A DNA stretch of 64,000 nucleotides. Source: Marsupella aquatica. Taxonomy: Eukaryota > Plantae > Marchantiophyta. Every line of letters starts with the position of its first letter. The stretch's first letter is position 1. A program made the position numbers and the translations under genes. Shown one piece after another: positions 24,197-36,400 of this stretch. The notes under the pieces were generated by a model. That model was not told the DNA's origin and did no database searches. It was given only the letters and a program-made list of their open reading frames with translations. Location of the stretch: positions 20,598,803 to 20,662,802 of the forward strand of contig OZ316895.1 of the NCBI GenBank assembly GCA_973895155.1, in the 5' to 3' direction.

Positions 24197-24462
24197 AAAG
24201 CTCCGCGTCGCACTGCCTCCCATCACACTGCCTCCCGTTGCATTGACAGCCTAAAGCTTCGCGTCGCACTGCCTCCCGTTGCACTGCCTCCATCGCATTG
24301 TCAGCCTAAAGCTCCGTGTTGCACTACCTCCCGTTGCACTGCCTCCATCGCATTGTCAGCCTAAAGCTCCGCGTTGCACTTCCTCCCGTTGCACTGCCTC
24401 CCATTGCACTGCCTCCCATCGCATTGCCTCCTGCCGCATTGTCATCCTAAAGTTGCGAGTCG
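24197..24462. repeat. ~55-bp tandem array built from ~15-bp GCACTGCCTCCCGTT-like subunits, upstream of the MULE gene 2 CDS
   Basis: AAAGCT starts units at 24197, 24253, 24308 and 24363; roughly ten GCA(C/T)TGCCTCC-like subunits; CpG-rich. Confidence 0.92.
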
Positions 24463-24785
24463 TTGCCATTCCTCAGCATGCCATAGCCGCGACCCTTACG
24501 AAGAGAAGCTCCTCGTTGCACGGCAAAACAAAACAACAAACTCCGCGACAATGTTCCCACCTTAACCAACCCTAAACTACAAAAAAGACATGAAAACATA
24601 ATCCACAATGTATTCAACAGACGACATTTCTGGATTAGGTTAGTAACCTGGAATCGCTTGAGAGCTCCGACTATAATCGCTCGCTCCGACTGCAATGGCA
24701 ACGACATGGTAAACCATGACCCTAGAACTGCGTGACGATATGGTCACTAGCGTTGGAAAACTGTGCAGTTTTGGGGCCTTTTTTT

Positions 24786-24885
24786 TGTACGGGTCATAAA
24801 GAGGGGGTCGATTGGGGAAAAAAAGTTTGGAGGGGGTTGATTAAGTAAAAGTTTTCCAGGAGAGGGTCGATTAAGCAAATCCCTC
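24786..24885 (-). repeat. Right TIR of the MULE
   Basis: TGTACGGGTCATAAAGAGGGGGTCGATT...GCAAATCCCTC followed by the TSD AATTCAATGA. Confidence 0.97.
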
Positions 24886-24980
24886 AATTCAATGATCATA
24901 ATGTTAGTAATTTACTTTTGGGTCTAGATTTACTACTTTATTTAGTACGGTTAGTTTAACTATAGTATCTACTTGGTATA

Positions 24981-25100
24981 ATTTTTTAAGGGAATTATGT
25001 GAACCCTAAACCCCACACATAGGGAACACTCACTCACAACATTTGAACTCTAGACCTATGAGTTTCAATTCAAGTGAGTTACCATAGAGCCACGCCTTTG
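24981..25100 (-). mobile_element. tRNA-derived SINE-like element
   Basis: Minus strand CAAAGGCGTGGCTCTATGGT (A-box-like) ... GAGTTCAAAT (B-box-like) ... A-rich end. Flanked by TACTTGGT direct repeats (24970, 25101). Homologous to 56921-57127. Confidence 0.7.
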
Positions 25101-27507
25101 TACTTGGTTAAGATTTGGTGTCACTACCATGTTCACAAGGTCTTACTTAGCAAGGGAAACTTTTGGTTGTTGATAGAGAGAGTCACAAAACTTGACTACC
25201 CTACCACTTAGTTTCGACGTTGCTGACTCCAAAGCAGAGCTCCTCTATGGTCAAGGTCCAGGATGGCCATCCGAAAGGGGACTGAGCATTATTGAGGAGA
25301 CTTGAGAGCAAGGAAGCATCGCTCTAGCAAAAGAAAGGCGCTAAGCTAGAGCACAAGGGACCAATCGGCATTAGGAGCTGGTCAGGCCATGAGATGGGCT
25401 GAGCTTGGAGTGGACCATCCAGACGGACTCTAAGTTATGAGGGCTTAGAGCAAGAGCTCCTCTTGGGCCCAAGTGCATAGAAGTTAGGTCATGAGGAACA
25501 GGCGCTTTACACCTGAGAATGAGCGTCGGTTGGTTGGAGCCGCTCGGGACCCCCAACGGGCAATGAGACCTGAGGGTCCAGGCACAAGCACCAAGTTGGC
25601 TTGATTGCAATGGGCTAAGGCGCCTTAATAGAAATTTGTGGGCCTAGTAGGTTAGTTTTGGGTCTAGTCGACTTGGTTAGACTCGTGGTGGGAGACCAAA
25701 AATGGGGGACCAAAGTTTGTCTGATGGTGGCAGGTCTCCAAAAGCATATATGAGGGGAGTGGTGTCTCCTAATGGCTAGGGGTGGTCGCGCTACCAAGGG
25801 AAAATGCCTAACGGGAATGTCGATCCCCCTCAACGGGAAGTTCATTGGTGGACTTCTTGGGTGCATTAGAATGCTCTCAAGGAGGAATACCTCCTCCTGA
25901 TCTCAGTTGGGTCTAGGGGTGCCTTTGATTCCATGGTTTGCACGGGCTATTGCACCCACTTGCCGATCCTGGCAAGACAACAGCCAAGCCACGTTCAGTT
26001 CCCACGGGAGCCTGTGTTGGGGAGGAAAAGCCAAGTAGGCCTGGGTGTTGAGGTCCAAGTGCTTCATGCCCTTGTTATCCTAGTGGAGTTGGATCCGTGG
26101 AGACGGATGCCAAAAGTTGGGTCCAAGTTAGTCCCAGTGCATGGGACAAGCTTTGGGACAAACTAGCTATTTGTCATGGGAATGTCTTAGAGGAAAGGAG
26201 GTCAGCAAGTGACGGATAGAAAGTGGGGAAGCTTGGGTGGCACCCAGTAGAGGGGCTGTTTTGGACAAACAATGGGTGTCGACCTTGGCTTCAGCTTATA
26301 GCAAGGCCACTCAAGCTTGGGAGGCTCTATCCACTTACCCTAGCATTCACCTACTTACTAATGACAGTTGAGCTTGAGGCAAGACAATGGTCTTGGGATC
26401 CGAGATCAAGGCAGGTTACTACCAATGGGGTTGGTTGCTTGTGCAGACAATAGCCCGGGCGTTGAGCGACGGTCGTGTTGAGGAGTAAGTGTGGCTTTGT
26501 ATGGGAGCTACCGCATGCAGTGATGGGGGCACCCAGTTGCTTGCTCGTAGAGTTCTGTGTAGACGTTTTGAGCACCAAGGATACCTAGCCAAAGGTATTG
26601 GTTTTGGTGAGGGCATTGGGTGGCTAGGTCCATCATTGGGAGCGGGACTGGGAGCCATCTAGGAGGTAGAAAGATCTTTGTCTATGGAAACTTGAACAGA
26701 CTTGGAGTTGAATAAAACCCCGAGTAAAACTCTCTTGCGTCTTCCTGCAAGTGTAGCTTTTGGAGAGTTGAACCGGGTGTCTCTTGTGCCAACTACTTGT
26801 GTGTTTGCTGGATGTTGCACATATGCATGTGTTGAGAAAACAACCACTACTCAAAGACAGCAACACATCCAGCACCCCGTCCAGTACATGCTTCTGAAAA
26901 CCAATTATATCAAATAGGATCTCATTTATACATACAGCTTTTTACTATCCCGTCCCCAAAACTGAGCTAAATTATTAACCTACCCCCAAAATTATTTTTA
27001 TTGCTAGGTTACCCCCCATTCTGTATACATGAGTTACTTTAACTGTTTTAGTTAACCTTAGGTGATTTCACATTGGTGGACTGACACAGGGCAAGGTGCT
27101 ATTGGCTCTGCCTTACCCTGGCCAAGTTTATCCTCACCCGGCTGGCTCTTTTCCCCTTTTTTGAACAAGCACTACACCAACAGGGCTGGCCTGTCCCCCT
27201 CTTGAGTTTGAATCCTCTTGAGTGGACAGAGGGAGAAATAGAAGGAGGTAGAATGAAATGGGAGCAACTAACCCTTGATAGTAGTGCCTGAAACTGTCCA
27301 CTTGGCGATGGACATGTATTGTGGCTTAGCAATTTCTTTCTAGCCATCTCATATGTCTCAAATAGGTTTTGGTCGTAACATCTAACCATAACTGGCGTTG
27401 TTGTCAGGTGAAATTTTATATTTTTGTTTCTTGTGCCTAACCTATGACCTAGCTTCCTTGCGGGTTGATTTTGAAATACAGTAGGAATCGAGCTAGGAAT
27501 GTGTAGG

Positions 27508-27603
27508 GTAACCCATCCCCAAGAGGGGATAATGGGTTGTAATCCCCAAGGGCACTGAGCCCAAGGGGGTTACAGACATTATGCCCAAGTGGGGATGAGT
27601 TAC
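27508..27603. repeat. Fold-back (imperfect palindrome), probably a MITE remnant
   Basis: GTAACCCATCCCC...ATAATG..TGTAATCCCC pairs with GGGGTTACAGACATTAT...GGGGATGAGTTAC. Confidence 0.65.
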
Positions 27604-27847
27604 TGATTGTAATGCCCGAGTGAATTTTTATATAGCATTTAGTTCAGTTTTACATAGGAAAACTCTGATCCGTCACTGACTATCACTTGCGCTTTAGTCT
27701 ATTTCTCATTCAAATTTCATAATCCCCAGGCCAGGCTGGCCCAAGGGTTCCGTGGCTTCACCCCGTGGTAATGTCTCATAACCTTGTACACACATACAAA
27801 AGAAAAAATTGAAGAAGGGTTTACGTGTCTGTAACCCATAACTGATG

Positions 27848-28292
27848 AGTTCACAATTAGGGCGTCTCAAAGCTTGGCCTTAACAACATAAGGTCCTCCC
27901 ATAACTCAAGTATTTGGGAACTCCCGTAAAAGTTATGGGAGCGAATCTTTGGCTACCATAAGGAAAGCCCATGGGCTCAACACTTAACCCGTAACTTTCC
28001 CGCAACTTTAGGCGGAAATCCAAAAATCCAGGACTCTCAAGCTCACATGGAATTTTCTCCTGACGTGGTGATCGTTGCTGCATTTGAGGTGATGGCTGAT
28101 CAAGAGTTGAGGAGAAATAATATATGCTATGAGACAAGTGAGGCCGTAACTCCTGCCTTATCATGCGGGTCAATGTTACCTCCCCCCTTTTCTAAATTTC
28201 TAGAACTGGGTCCCATAACTTGAGTGATGGGATATATCACAAATCCGTAACTTTTGTTAATGACCCAGTATTGGGACGCCCTATTGTGAACT
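27848..28292. mobile_element. MITE-like element, ~445 bp, with ~40-bp imperfect TIRs
   Basis: AGTTCACAATTAGGGCGTCTCAA...TTAACAA vs TTGTTAA...TTGGGACGCCCTATTGTGAACT; internal repeated CC(A/G)TAACT motifs. Confidence 0.7.
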
Positions 28293-30174
28293 TTGTGATG
28301 TAGTACACTCCACCTCCTTACCCTCCCGGCTATTGTTTACTTTCCTCACTGCTGGTGATCATTGCATCGGGCCTGGAATGCAGTACCTTGCCCCAAAACA
28401 AAATAAAATTACAAAGAATCATAGAAAGAAGAGGGCAGAGTCCAAAATATTTCCGGGGAGTGAGGGGCCAAACACAACACGATAAAGGCACCAACCATTC
28501 CAAAAAAAGCAGGAGAACAATTATGATACAATCTTGGCGTTCTGGACTTCTGGTTTACTGCGTTAGTCAATGCGTTGAAAAACTGAACTGTGGCGTTCGA
28601 GGAGTTTTGGAGTAGGTCTGATTAGATTAGTAGACGACTGAAAATTTGTGCGAAGCAACCAGCCTACCAAAGGTGCAGTAACGTTTTTGGATGTTGTGAA
28701 CACAGTAGCAGTCTACAACGTAGGCTGTTTCTAATGCCTTTTCTCGAATGGAATGAGTGATGAGTGATGACTGTAGATTGCTTGGCGTTGGGCACGTTGA
28801 TGAATTATTTATGGAGATTATGCGAGCACACACATCCAGCCATGACGTTGGTTGGCAAGTTTGCGACCCACAATGCACGAGAACCGAAAAATTGAGAAGC
28901 ATGCACCAATCTTGGTTGAGGAGAATCATCCAGTCCAGACAAACCGTCAACGACCTTGTGCCATAAGACCCCAGGCACGCAAATAAGCAATAAATGCCAT
29001 CTTCATCGTCGGTGCGTTTCAAATCAACACCATCGCCTCGGTATTGGGATCTTGTGGGGCACCCGACAGATGGACAACGCAGGACTACTCTTACTCTTAC
29101 TATTTTATTACTATATTATATTATCGTCTAGCGCTAAGGATCTAGTGCTCTACAGTCTCTTTTGTCGATTATATTCTATGATAATAATTAGTACTAATAT
29201 TATATACGTAAGATAGAGTCATAAGTTGTTCGTCGTCAGTTTCCATGGTGCGGACTGGCCAAGGACTCCAAGTCTGGACTCCCATGCACCAGGGCTGAAT
29301 GTTGTAAAAATATATTGTCGGTGGTAAATCTGAGTCTCAAGGTTTTGAGAGCATTGAGAATTGTTCTCTTGTCATGAACAAGGACCATGGTTTTTAGACT
29401 AGGTCCGTGTCACTGACCAGAGAGCTCTCTTTGGTAACATGAAGACTGAACTAATTGTGTTCGTCTTGGACATTGAATGTTGACTTGTGGATGGCTTGTG
29501 AGGGGAACTCCGTTCGCGCTGGAGGGTTCATTTGCATAATTTATGGCAAAGTTGATGATATTCATATGCTTTGACTTTAGGAACACCCTCACTTAAACTT
29601 CATGAATATGCCGTCTCAACCAATATCTCACCCTTATAACATGGTGAATCGAATGTATCCAAGAAGTCACCAACATGAGCAGTCTCCAATACCATATCCA
29701 CCTTAGAATCATCTGGCCAATTCTTCAAAATCATCACCAACATCTCAAGTTTGTGTCAAGACAAACTCAAGTCTATTTCCACATAGGTTTGTCAACATAC
29801 CAGCAATTCACAATTTGTGTTCACAGAATCACAGCAGGATTTGGCAGCAAATTGAGCAAGAAATTGTGCACAACTGCAGCTTAATTGTGCAATAAGAACT
29901 AAGCATAGTTGCAACATGAATCACAGTGACAATGCACAGCAGAGGATCAAGCAAGAATGAGCCCAAAAGTGATGGCAAACTCAAGCAGCATATTAGACAA
30001 TGAAGCTGAGTCTAAAATAAAGCAAAAATCAAGCAAAATGGCAGATAGGAAAATTAGCAGAAAAATTTACTGTCGTTGCCATACAGACCTTTTTTGTTGC
30101 CTTGAAACCTTGCCATGCAGACCTTCCGGAACTGCAAAGCCCACTACTAACTGCTGGTGATGTTTATTGCATGC

Positions 30175-30470
30175 CCGGGGTCCTGACTTATTTTTTTCCG
30201 ACCCATCATGCGCAAATAAGTATAGGGTTATTTTATTGGGTTTAGTGAAATATTTTTAAATTTTTGTTGAAGAATATTATGATTATTTTAATCTAATTTT
30301 GAGAATTATAAAAATCATAGGGTTTTTTATAATAAAATTTGAGAATATTCTTGAAATTTTCCATTAAATTAGGGGTAAAATTTTACTGACTGAAGTTTTA
30401 GAGTGTTTATTCCCCCAAAACTTTGCACGTGATATGGAACACCCCTTGGATTGAGGTCCCCGGGATTGCA
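30175..30470. repeat. Dispersed repeat with inverted copies at ~47880-48040 and ~50590-50850 (probable LTR-retrotransposon non-coding region)
   Basis: CACCCCTTGGATTGAGG, GTGTTTATTCCCCCAAAACTT and TTCCGACCCATCA match the reverse complement of 50597-50830; part also matches 47890-48030. Confidence 0.75.
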
Positions 30471-33400
30471 TGAGTGATGAGACCAGTTTAGACCACCCCA
30501 CTCCTTTGGTTTGGGTTACCTGAAGTGTATCTTCCATGGACATTAAAACCCACGGTGGGCTATCCCATGTAGGAAAATTATAATCTTTTCTAAATTTACT
30601 CTTACAAGGAAAGATGTAGAAAATTAATGATTCTGAAATAGCCCTAGATATATGGGAGATTCCCATATTTGTATACAGGTTTGAGATATAGTCAGGAGTG
30701 GTAGAAAATACATGAGCTGTTATTTCCTTACAGTAGAATCTAGGGGCATCCTACTCCCTTCCGAATTTGTGTCCTATCATTCCCAATTTCCCTACTTGTA
30801 TACAGTTTGAGAGTTAGTGAACTAAAAGATGAGCACATAGAACCATTACACCCACAATGTAAGAACTCAAGGTGAAAGTCAATCTGACTTTGGTATGTGT
30901 TTGAGTGTGAACTGACTATGGTTAGTTCATGTGAAATATGATCAGATCAGTTTTTAAGTATATTGTCACTAAAGATGTTTGAATTTACAATATTGCCACT
31001 ATTTTATCATATTTATAATATTTTGTCAAAAAAATTAGACCACCTCCAGCAGTGTTCCAAGCATTTCCAAACTTTGGCTCTTTCATTCTCGCTTTCATTC
31101 AAGGGATTTGCATTTATTGCAGTTCATTTCCAAAGATCTTTGGTATATATGGAGTGCATGTTTAGAATAAGAAGTGGCCCTAAAAATTCACAATTGCCCC
31201 CACAATATTTTAAAGCCACCCTAAGGGTCCACAAATAGTGTCGTACCTAAGTCTGCAAGTGGGACATGTGCTGCATTTGGTTTCTCAGTTCCGGTAGGTT
31301 TGAAGCTGTTTGTTTTTTGTAGTGAATTTATTAGATTAAGTCTAGGGCATATGACAAGCCTCTCATGAATGGTTGCCCCATCAGATGAATCACTAAAGTC
31401 CAAATTTTCGATGTAGAACTTGAACACATGCTCCAATCCAATTGTGCAAAGGTATAGCTAGACATGTAGATGACCTTCCAAACTTGCAGCGGTGAATGAA
31501 ACCAGAGTTCATCAGAAATTGAAGTGATGTATTCCCCTTCAATAACTTTAAAGTGCCCTGGTGGATATGATCTCGAAAACAAAATGCTGAGAATATAATT
31601 TCAGGTCTTCTTGCTGGAGGAAACGGACAGGAAATCTCACCCTCGACAAGCAGTTGGAACAATATTCTCAAGTCTTGTGCACAAGTAATTATAAATGTTG
31701 AGGGCTAAACTGAAATGGAGAACGACAACATTAAGACAAGAAATGGGTCTATGGTTTTTTGTGGTCTTCAATGAACTGTTTGATAAACTTAAAATTAAAG
31801 GTTCAAAAAGTGTGCAGAACCCAGATTGGTGCTCAGAAGATTGGTGTTGTACTTTTGCTGAGTTGCTAACCTTACGTTGATGGTGCATAAGTGAGATAAA
31901 CTATGTATAAGGCCCAAGTGTCCCGTATCATGCCTAGTCTATATAAACTATCCAATGAAGGGCATCTTGTGTGTTTACCACAGATGGCCATGGGACCCTT
32001 CATTATGACTGTACAGCAAGTGAATGATGAGTTTCAGACACAAAGACAATGAGAGGCTCTAAGATTGGAAAGCAAACTTAGATACAATCATTGCCATTGC
32101 CATAGGCGATAACTTTGAACTTGAAGGTGAGAGCTGAATTGTATTTTACTGAGTCAGTGAAGTCCAAATTGTCGCCATCAACTTTAGCAGACTTCTTTTT
32201 GTTTTACAGGAACCATCCTATCCATTAACAGCTATGGATAGGCAAGTACTTATTCCATCAAGAAAATTAATAGACGTGAGCCCAACTCAAGCTTATTGCG
32301 AGTGGAGCAACGTCTCCACTAGTGTTGGGTGGGTACACAACTATGGTCTTGCCGCCAGGTAAGGGTAAAGCATTGCAATACCCCGTCTGGGTATTAAATC
32401 TGACAATACTTTGTTTGATGCCTGGCTCGGCTAGTCTCATCCCTACTTGTGTCTGCCTGTATACCCAACCTGGACGATATAATTTTGCTATACCTATTTT
32501 CACATTTAGACGTGTTAAATAGAAGGGTAGCCTGCTGCTTAGATATGTCTAGTTTGGCATTGTTTTGTTAATATGTACATTGGGATAGGGCAAGGAGAAT
32601 GACCAAACTATAAATCTCCTCTGTAAAGCACCATTAGAGCATACATGGGGGTTTTGAAATCATATCAGTTGACCTTGCCCAGATCAAATTGTAATTAATC
32701 ACATATGATGGAACAACGCAAGTTTGGACTTACCAAGGCCCCTCTGCCATCTTCTGGACTTAAAGATCCCATAGGGACTCAATCGGGCCCTTGTAATGAC
32801 CTACTGTTGCTGGTTCTTTTGGGGGACTTTGGACTCAGTACAATGTGCAGTGTAGTGTTTCATAGTAGAGCAATCCTGTAGTAGGACTTTAGCAAAAACA
32901 TTGGCGGAAGTGTAGGGAAAACAATGGAAGGGGAACACAGCAGAAGGGGGCGTAGGGGAGGGATGTTCAATGAGAGATGGAATACCGAGAAATGCAGGCT
33001 TTTTGAATTGACTGCAAGCTAATTGAGCCCTTTGTATTTCTATGGCGCCGTAAGTAATTGGTCAGAATTGAGAGAAATAGACTCAAGCAGAAAATTGCTG
33101 TAGCTCTTGCTCTCCCTCTGTTCCTCCATGGAAGCCAACGATTGACATATTATACTCAGAGGAGACCAGCACCCACTGAACCAGACATGTCTACTACAAG
33201 CCTTATACTGATGCACATCAATATCACACTGATATCTGTTGGGCAGTCATGAGGAATCGCAAATTTAACTCATCACAAAGATGATAATCGGTAATCGGAA
33301 CCTCCTACCAGTGCCTATACTAATCCTTTGAATCCTTCCTTGAAATGAAGCATGACATTACTGAGTTTCTTTGGTGCTATGGGTCGTCTTCCTTGCACAA

Positions 33401-36400
33401 TGTTTCACCTCCCTCCGCAACATTCGCTGAGTGTGTGTGATGTTGAAGCTCCCTCCCTGTCATTTGCTATTCGGGTCCCAGACTCATTTTGGAATAGTGG
33501 CCATTCTTCATCTTATACATCCAGTTTGACTTATTAGGATGGTCATTTGACAAACTTCCAAAAATGCCCATCTAGACCCAAATGGTGTTTAATGGAGGGC
33601 TATTGTTTGGTCCATTGTTCCCAAGAATGACCACCTGAAGTTTGCACCAAAAATTGACAGCTATATGTATTTTGAATAACAATTAGTGATTGAAACAAAA
33701 TATTTAAGTTTCTCATAGTAGGAAGCAGCGTATTTTAAAAGGTTTTCATTTTTTTGCCAGAGTGGCAAATGTCCATTGTGTGAAGGAGAAGATGCTCAAA
33801 AGATTCCTTATCTGATTATTTTCTGACCATTAGATCTCCTTAGATTTAAAGATGACAGTTATATTCTGGCTAATACTAGGTAGGAGACTGGCTAATGAGA
33901 CACAAAAATACTAGCCAGTTTGCACCAAAATGGCTAATCTTTTTGGAGAGGTAGAATTTGGCAAATTTTTGCCACCAAAAAAAATCCCTGGTAGGAAGTG
34001 ACAGTACCCGACATTTTCGTGTTCCAATTACCGAGCCTGAAGTCCTTGGGTTCCCATCCCAGTTTCCAGATGTTTTGGAAGGTTACAATTAACATTATAC
34101 TAATTATAGTTTTACCCCCTTTCCATAATGTTTCTTTCCACTCTACAGTACATTTCGGTTTCATTATTGAATTCTAATAATCTATGAGATAGCTTCAAAG
34201 GACAACCTGTCCTATTGACATTACACCACAGGATAGGATTAAAAACACCTGCAATCAAGTCACAAGCATTCTCGATGCGAGCGATGGAACATGAACACAG
34301 GGGCTTCAAGTTCCTTGCAGAATATCGTAACACAGTTGTGATCATCTTTCACAGAATGTTTTTCAGTCGGACGACATGGAAACTTCAGAAAGAACTCAAC
34401 TCCAGGACTGCAAAATCTAAGATGTACTCGAGTGGCAGATTGCAAAACCAAGCTGATCCACGAGTATTCATTGGAAGAGCAATTAAATACTCACGTGAGG
34501 AAAATTGAGTCAGGGGTTAGGTGCAGTTTTGCCATAATTATATCCCCAACATTTCAAGCTTTGGACAAGAAATTATCGACACGTTTCCGTTCCAACATGG
34601 AGGTTAAAGCCGGAGGACTGCAGCTCCGTCACTCCCTGAAAAGTAGCATTGGATCTGTGTGTGTTTAACACTCTTATCTGACAAACGTGATATTGAGAGC
34701 GGTGTGGACGATCAAGAATCCCATCCAATTCTTCGAACGTAACGAATACATTTCTTGTTTGACACATTGGAAGACTTTGCGATATTCCAAAGCCGTGGCA
34801 TTCATCAGCTTTCGTTGCTAGTCTCTATGCCATTCCGTGTCGCCAGGTGGCACGACACCACCATTTCACACGACACAAAGCGTGCATGATTGGGCTATCG
34901 CCAGATCCGGAGAGGACCGTTTCTTTGATCCATCTTGAAAAGCAGCTGCAGAAACAATTAATGTCAATGGCTCTTGACTGGTGACGCAGCAGCACCATTG
35001 ATCATCTAGAAGGCGCACGGCCTACATGGTAGAAGATTCTGATAGATCGCATTAAGGGTAAGTTGGTCGCGAGACTGATATAAACAGTAAGACAGTAGGA
35101 CTTGTTGACGGAAGCACACTCAGTCTAGTGTGCCCGTGGTCTTTCGCCCCGGCTTGAATAGTTGAAACTGCCCAAACATGATAGTCCCAAAAGGTGATCT
35201 GAGACAAATTTTGAAACATGAGAGAACGGATAGAAGGGAGTCAAGGGACTGACCTGGAGTGGCTTGTGAGGGACACCAATGAGTAAGTGGTGCTGGGGAC
35301 CGATTTCACGCAGACGGGCACAAAATCATCCTAGGACGGCAAGCCACCTCCTCGCTTGACTTCCCAACTTGAGAGTTGAGAGAGCTTGTTCCTATCGACA
35401 AACAAGCATGAAAAACATGCCTGTGACGGCGTGGGAAGCTAGAGAACGAGCCCAGGGGAGAAAGAGTCGATTCACTAAATGAGTCTCCAAAAAGTTGTCA
35501 TCAACTGGGAGGTCCCACCTGTCAAATGAATGGAGGGGGCAGTAACCAGTACCCACCTGCACGCATGCACGGACACGACTTTCTGAAAGACTCATGAACA
35601 ATAAGTTGCAGGGGAGACAGTGAAAGAGCAGGAGCACTCGGGAGCATGTATGGGGGAGGGGGGGTTTGCGGTGGTGGGGTACATGCAGGATTGTTTCCCG
35701 TGCTGACGCTACTGTACTGGTCTACAGTAGTAGATCTTTAATTTTCTTACGGTACCACCGGATCATGCCGCCTCATCACAAAATCTTCTGCCCCAGCTAG
35801 CGAGCTCGGTTGAGGCACCTTTTTATCACACACGGCATACGGACTTACGGAGTGTGCAGAGATGACCTACATGGCAGAAGAGAATCTTCATGGCTTGTCT
35901 GTATGTTCATCTCTTGTCTAGATGGAGTACTTGGCCATGTCACGTTAAGTTTCAGTTATGCAAAGTCCGGATCACATTGGCCATATTGGCGATTACTTTT
36001 TCTTTGATGCCCCCCGAACGGACCAAAATCTTCGATGAGGATTGATTTTGTGGGTGTTTTTAATTCATTAAAGAAGAATTCACCTGTGGCTCAAAGCAGC
36101 CTGGTCGTTTTTTATTAGAAAGAATTCGGCTGCTGAGTTGGGCATGGCACTGGAATCTCTCCAGTCTCAATGCTTCGATTCCATTTGTGCCGGCCGCCCA
36201 AGTCTGCCGAGCTGCTGTTATTAGAAAATCTGTAAAGAACAAAAGTCAATTCCTTTTGCTGATTGTTCACTCATAATTAAATGACTTAAAACTTCCGCAA
36301 GACAAGTCTTCAACAGGAAATAACTGCCCAAGATTTTGTGTGACATATTTTCCGTTCTTAAAGTTCCACGTTGCCTCTAAAGGGTTCCAACACATGAGCT

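Larger units (their letters stand above)
16112..24885. mobile_element. Full-length Mutator-like (MULE/MuDR-type) DNA transposon, 8774 bp, with two convergent genes
   Basis: 100-bp TIRs at 16112-16211 and 24786-24885 (2 mismatches, starting GAG). Perfect 10-bp TSD AATTCAATGA at 16102-16111 and 24886-24895. Internal MULE transposase. Confidence 0.97.

Noticed and set aside
24205-24430. TGCACTGCCTC subunits equal the 5' half of miR408
   Set aside because: Only ~11 nt match, the 3' half differs, and these are direct repeats with no fold-back.
32419-32430. TGCCTGGCTC matches the start of miR160
   Set aside because: Only 10 nt match, with no complementary star arm nearby.
31240-32520. Short ORFs and splice-like signals
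   Set aside because: No recognisable protein, and candidate exons contain stops in the frames tried.
34686-34706. CGTGATATTG resembles miR171-related sequence
   Set aside because: The remainder diverges and no hairpin partner was found.
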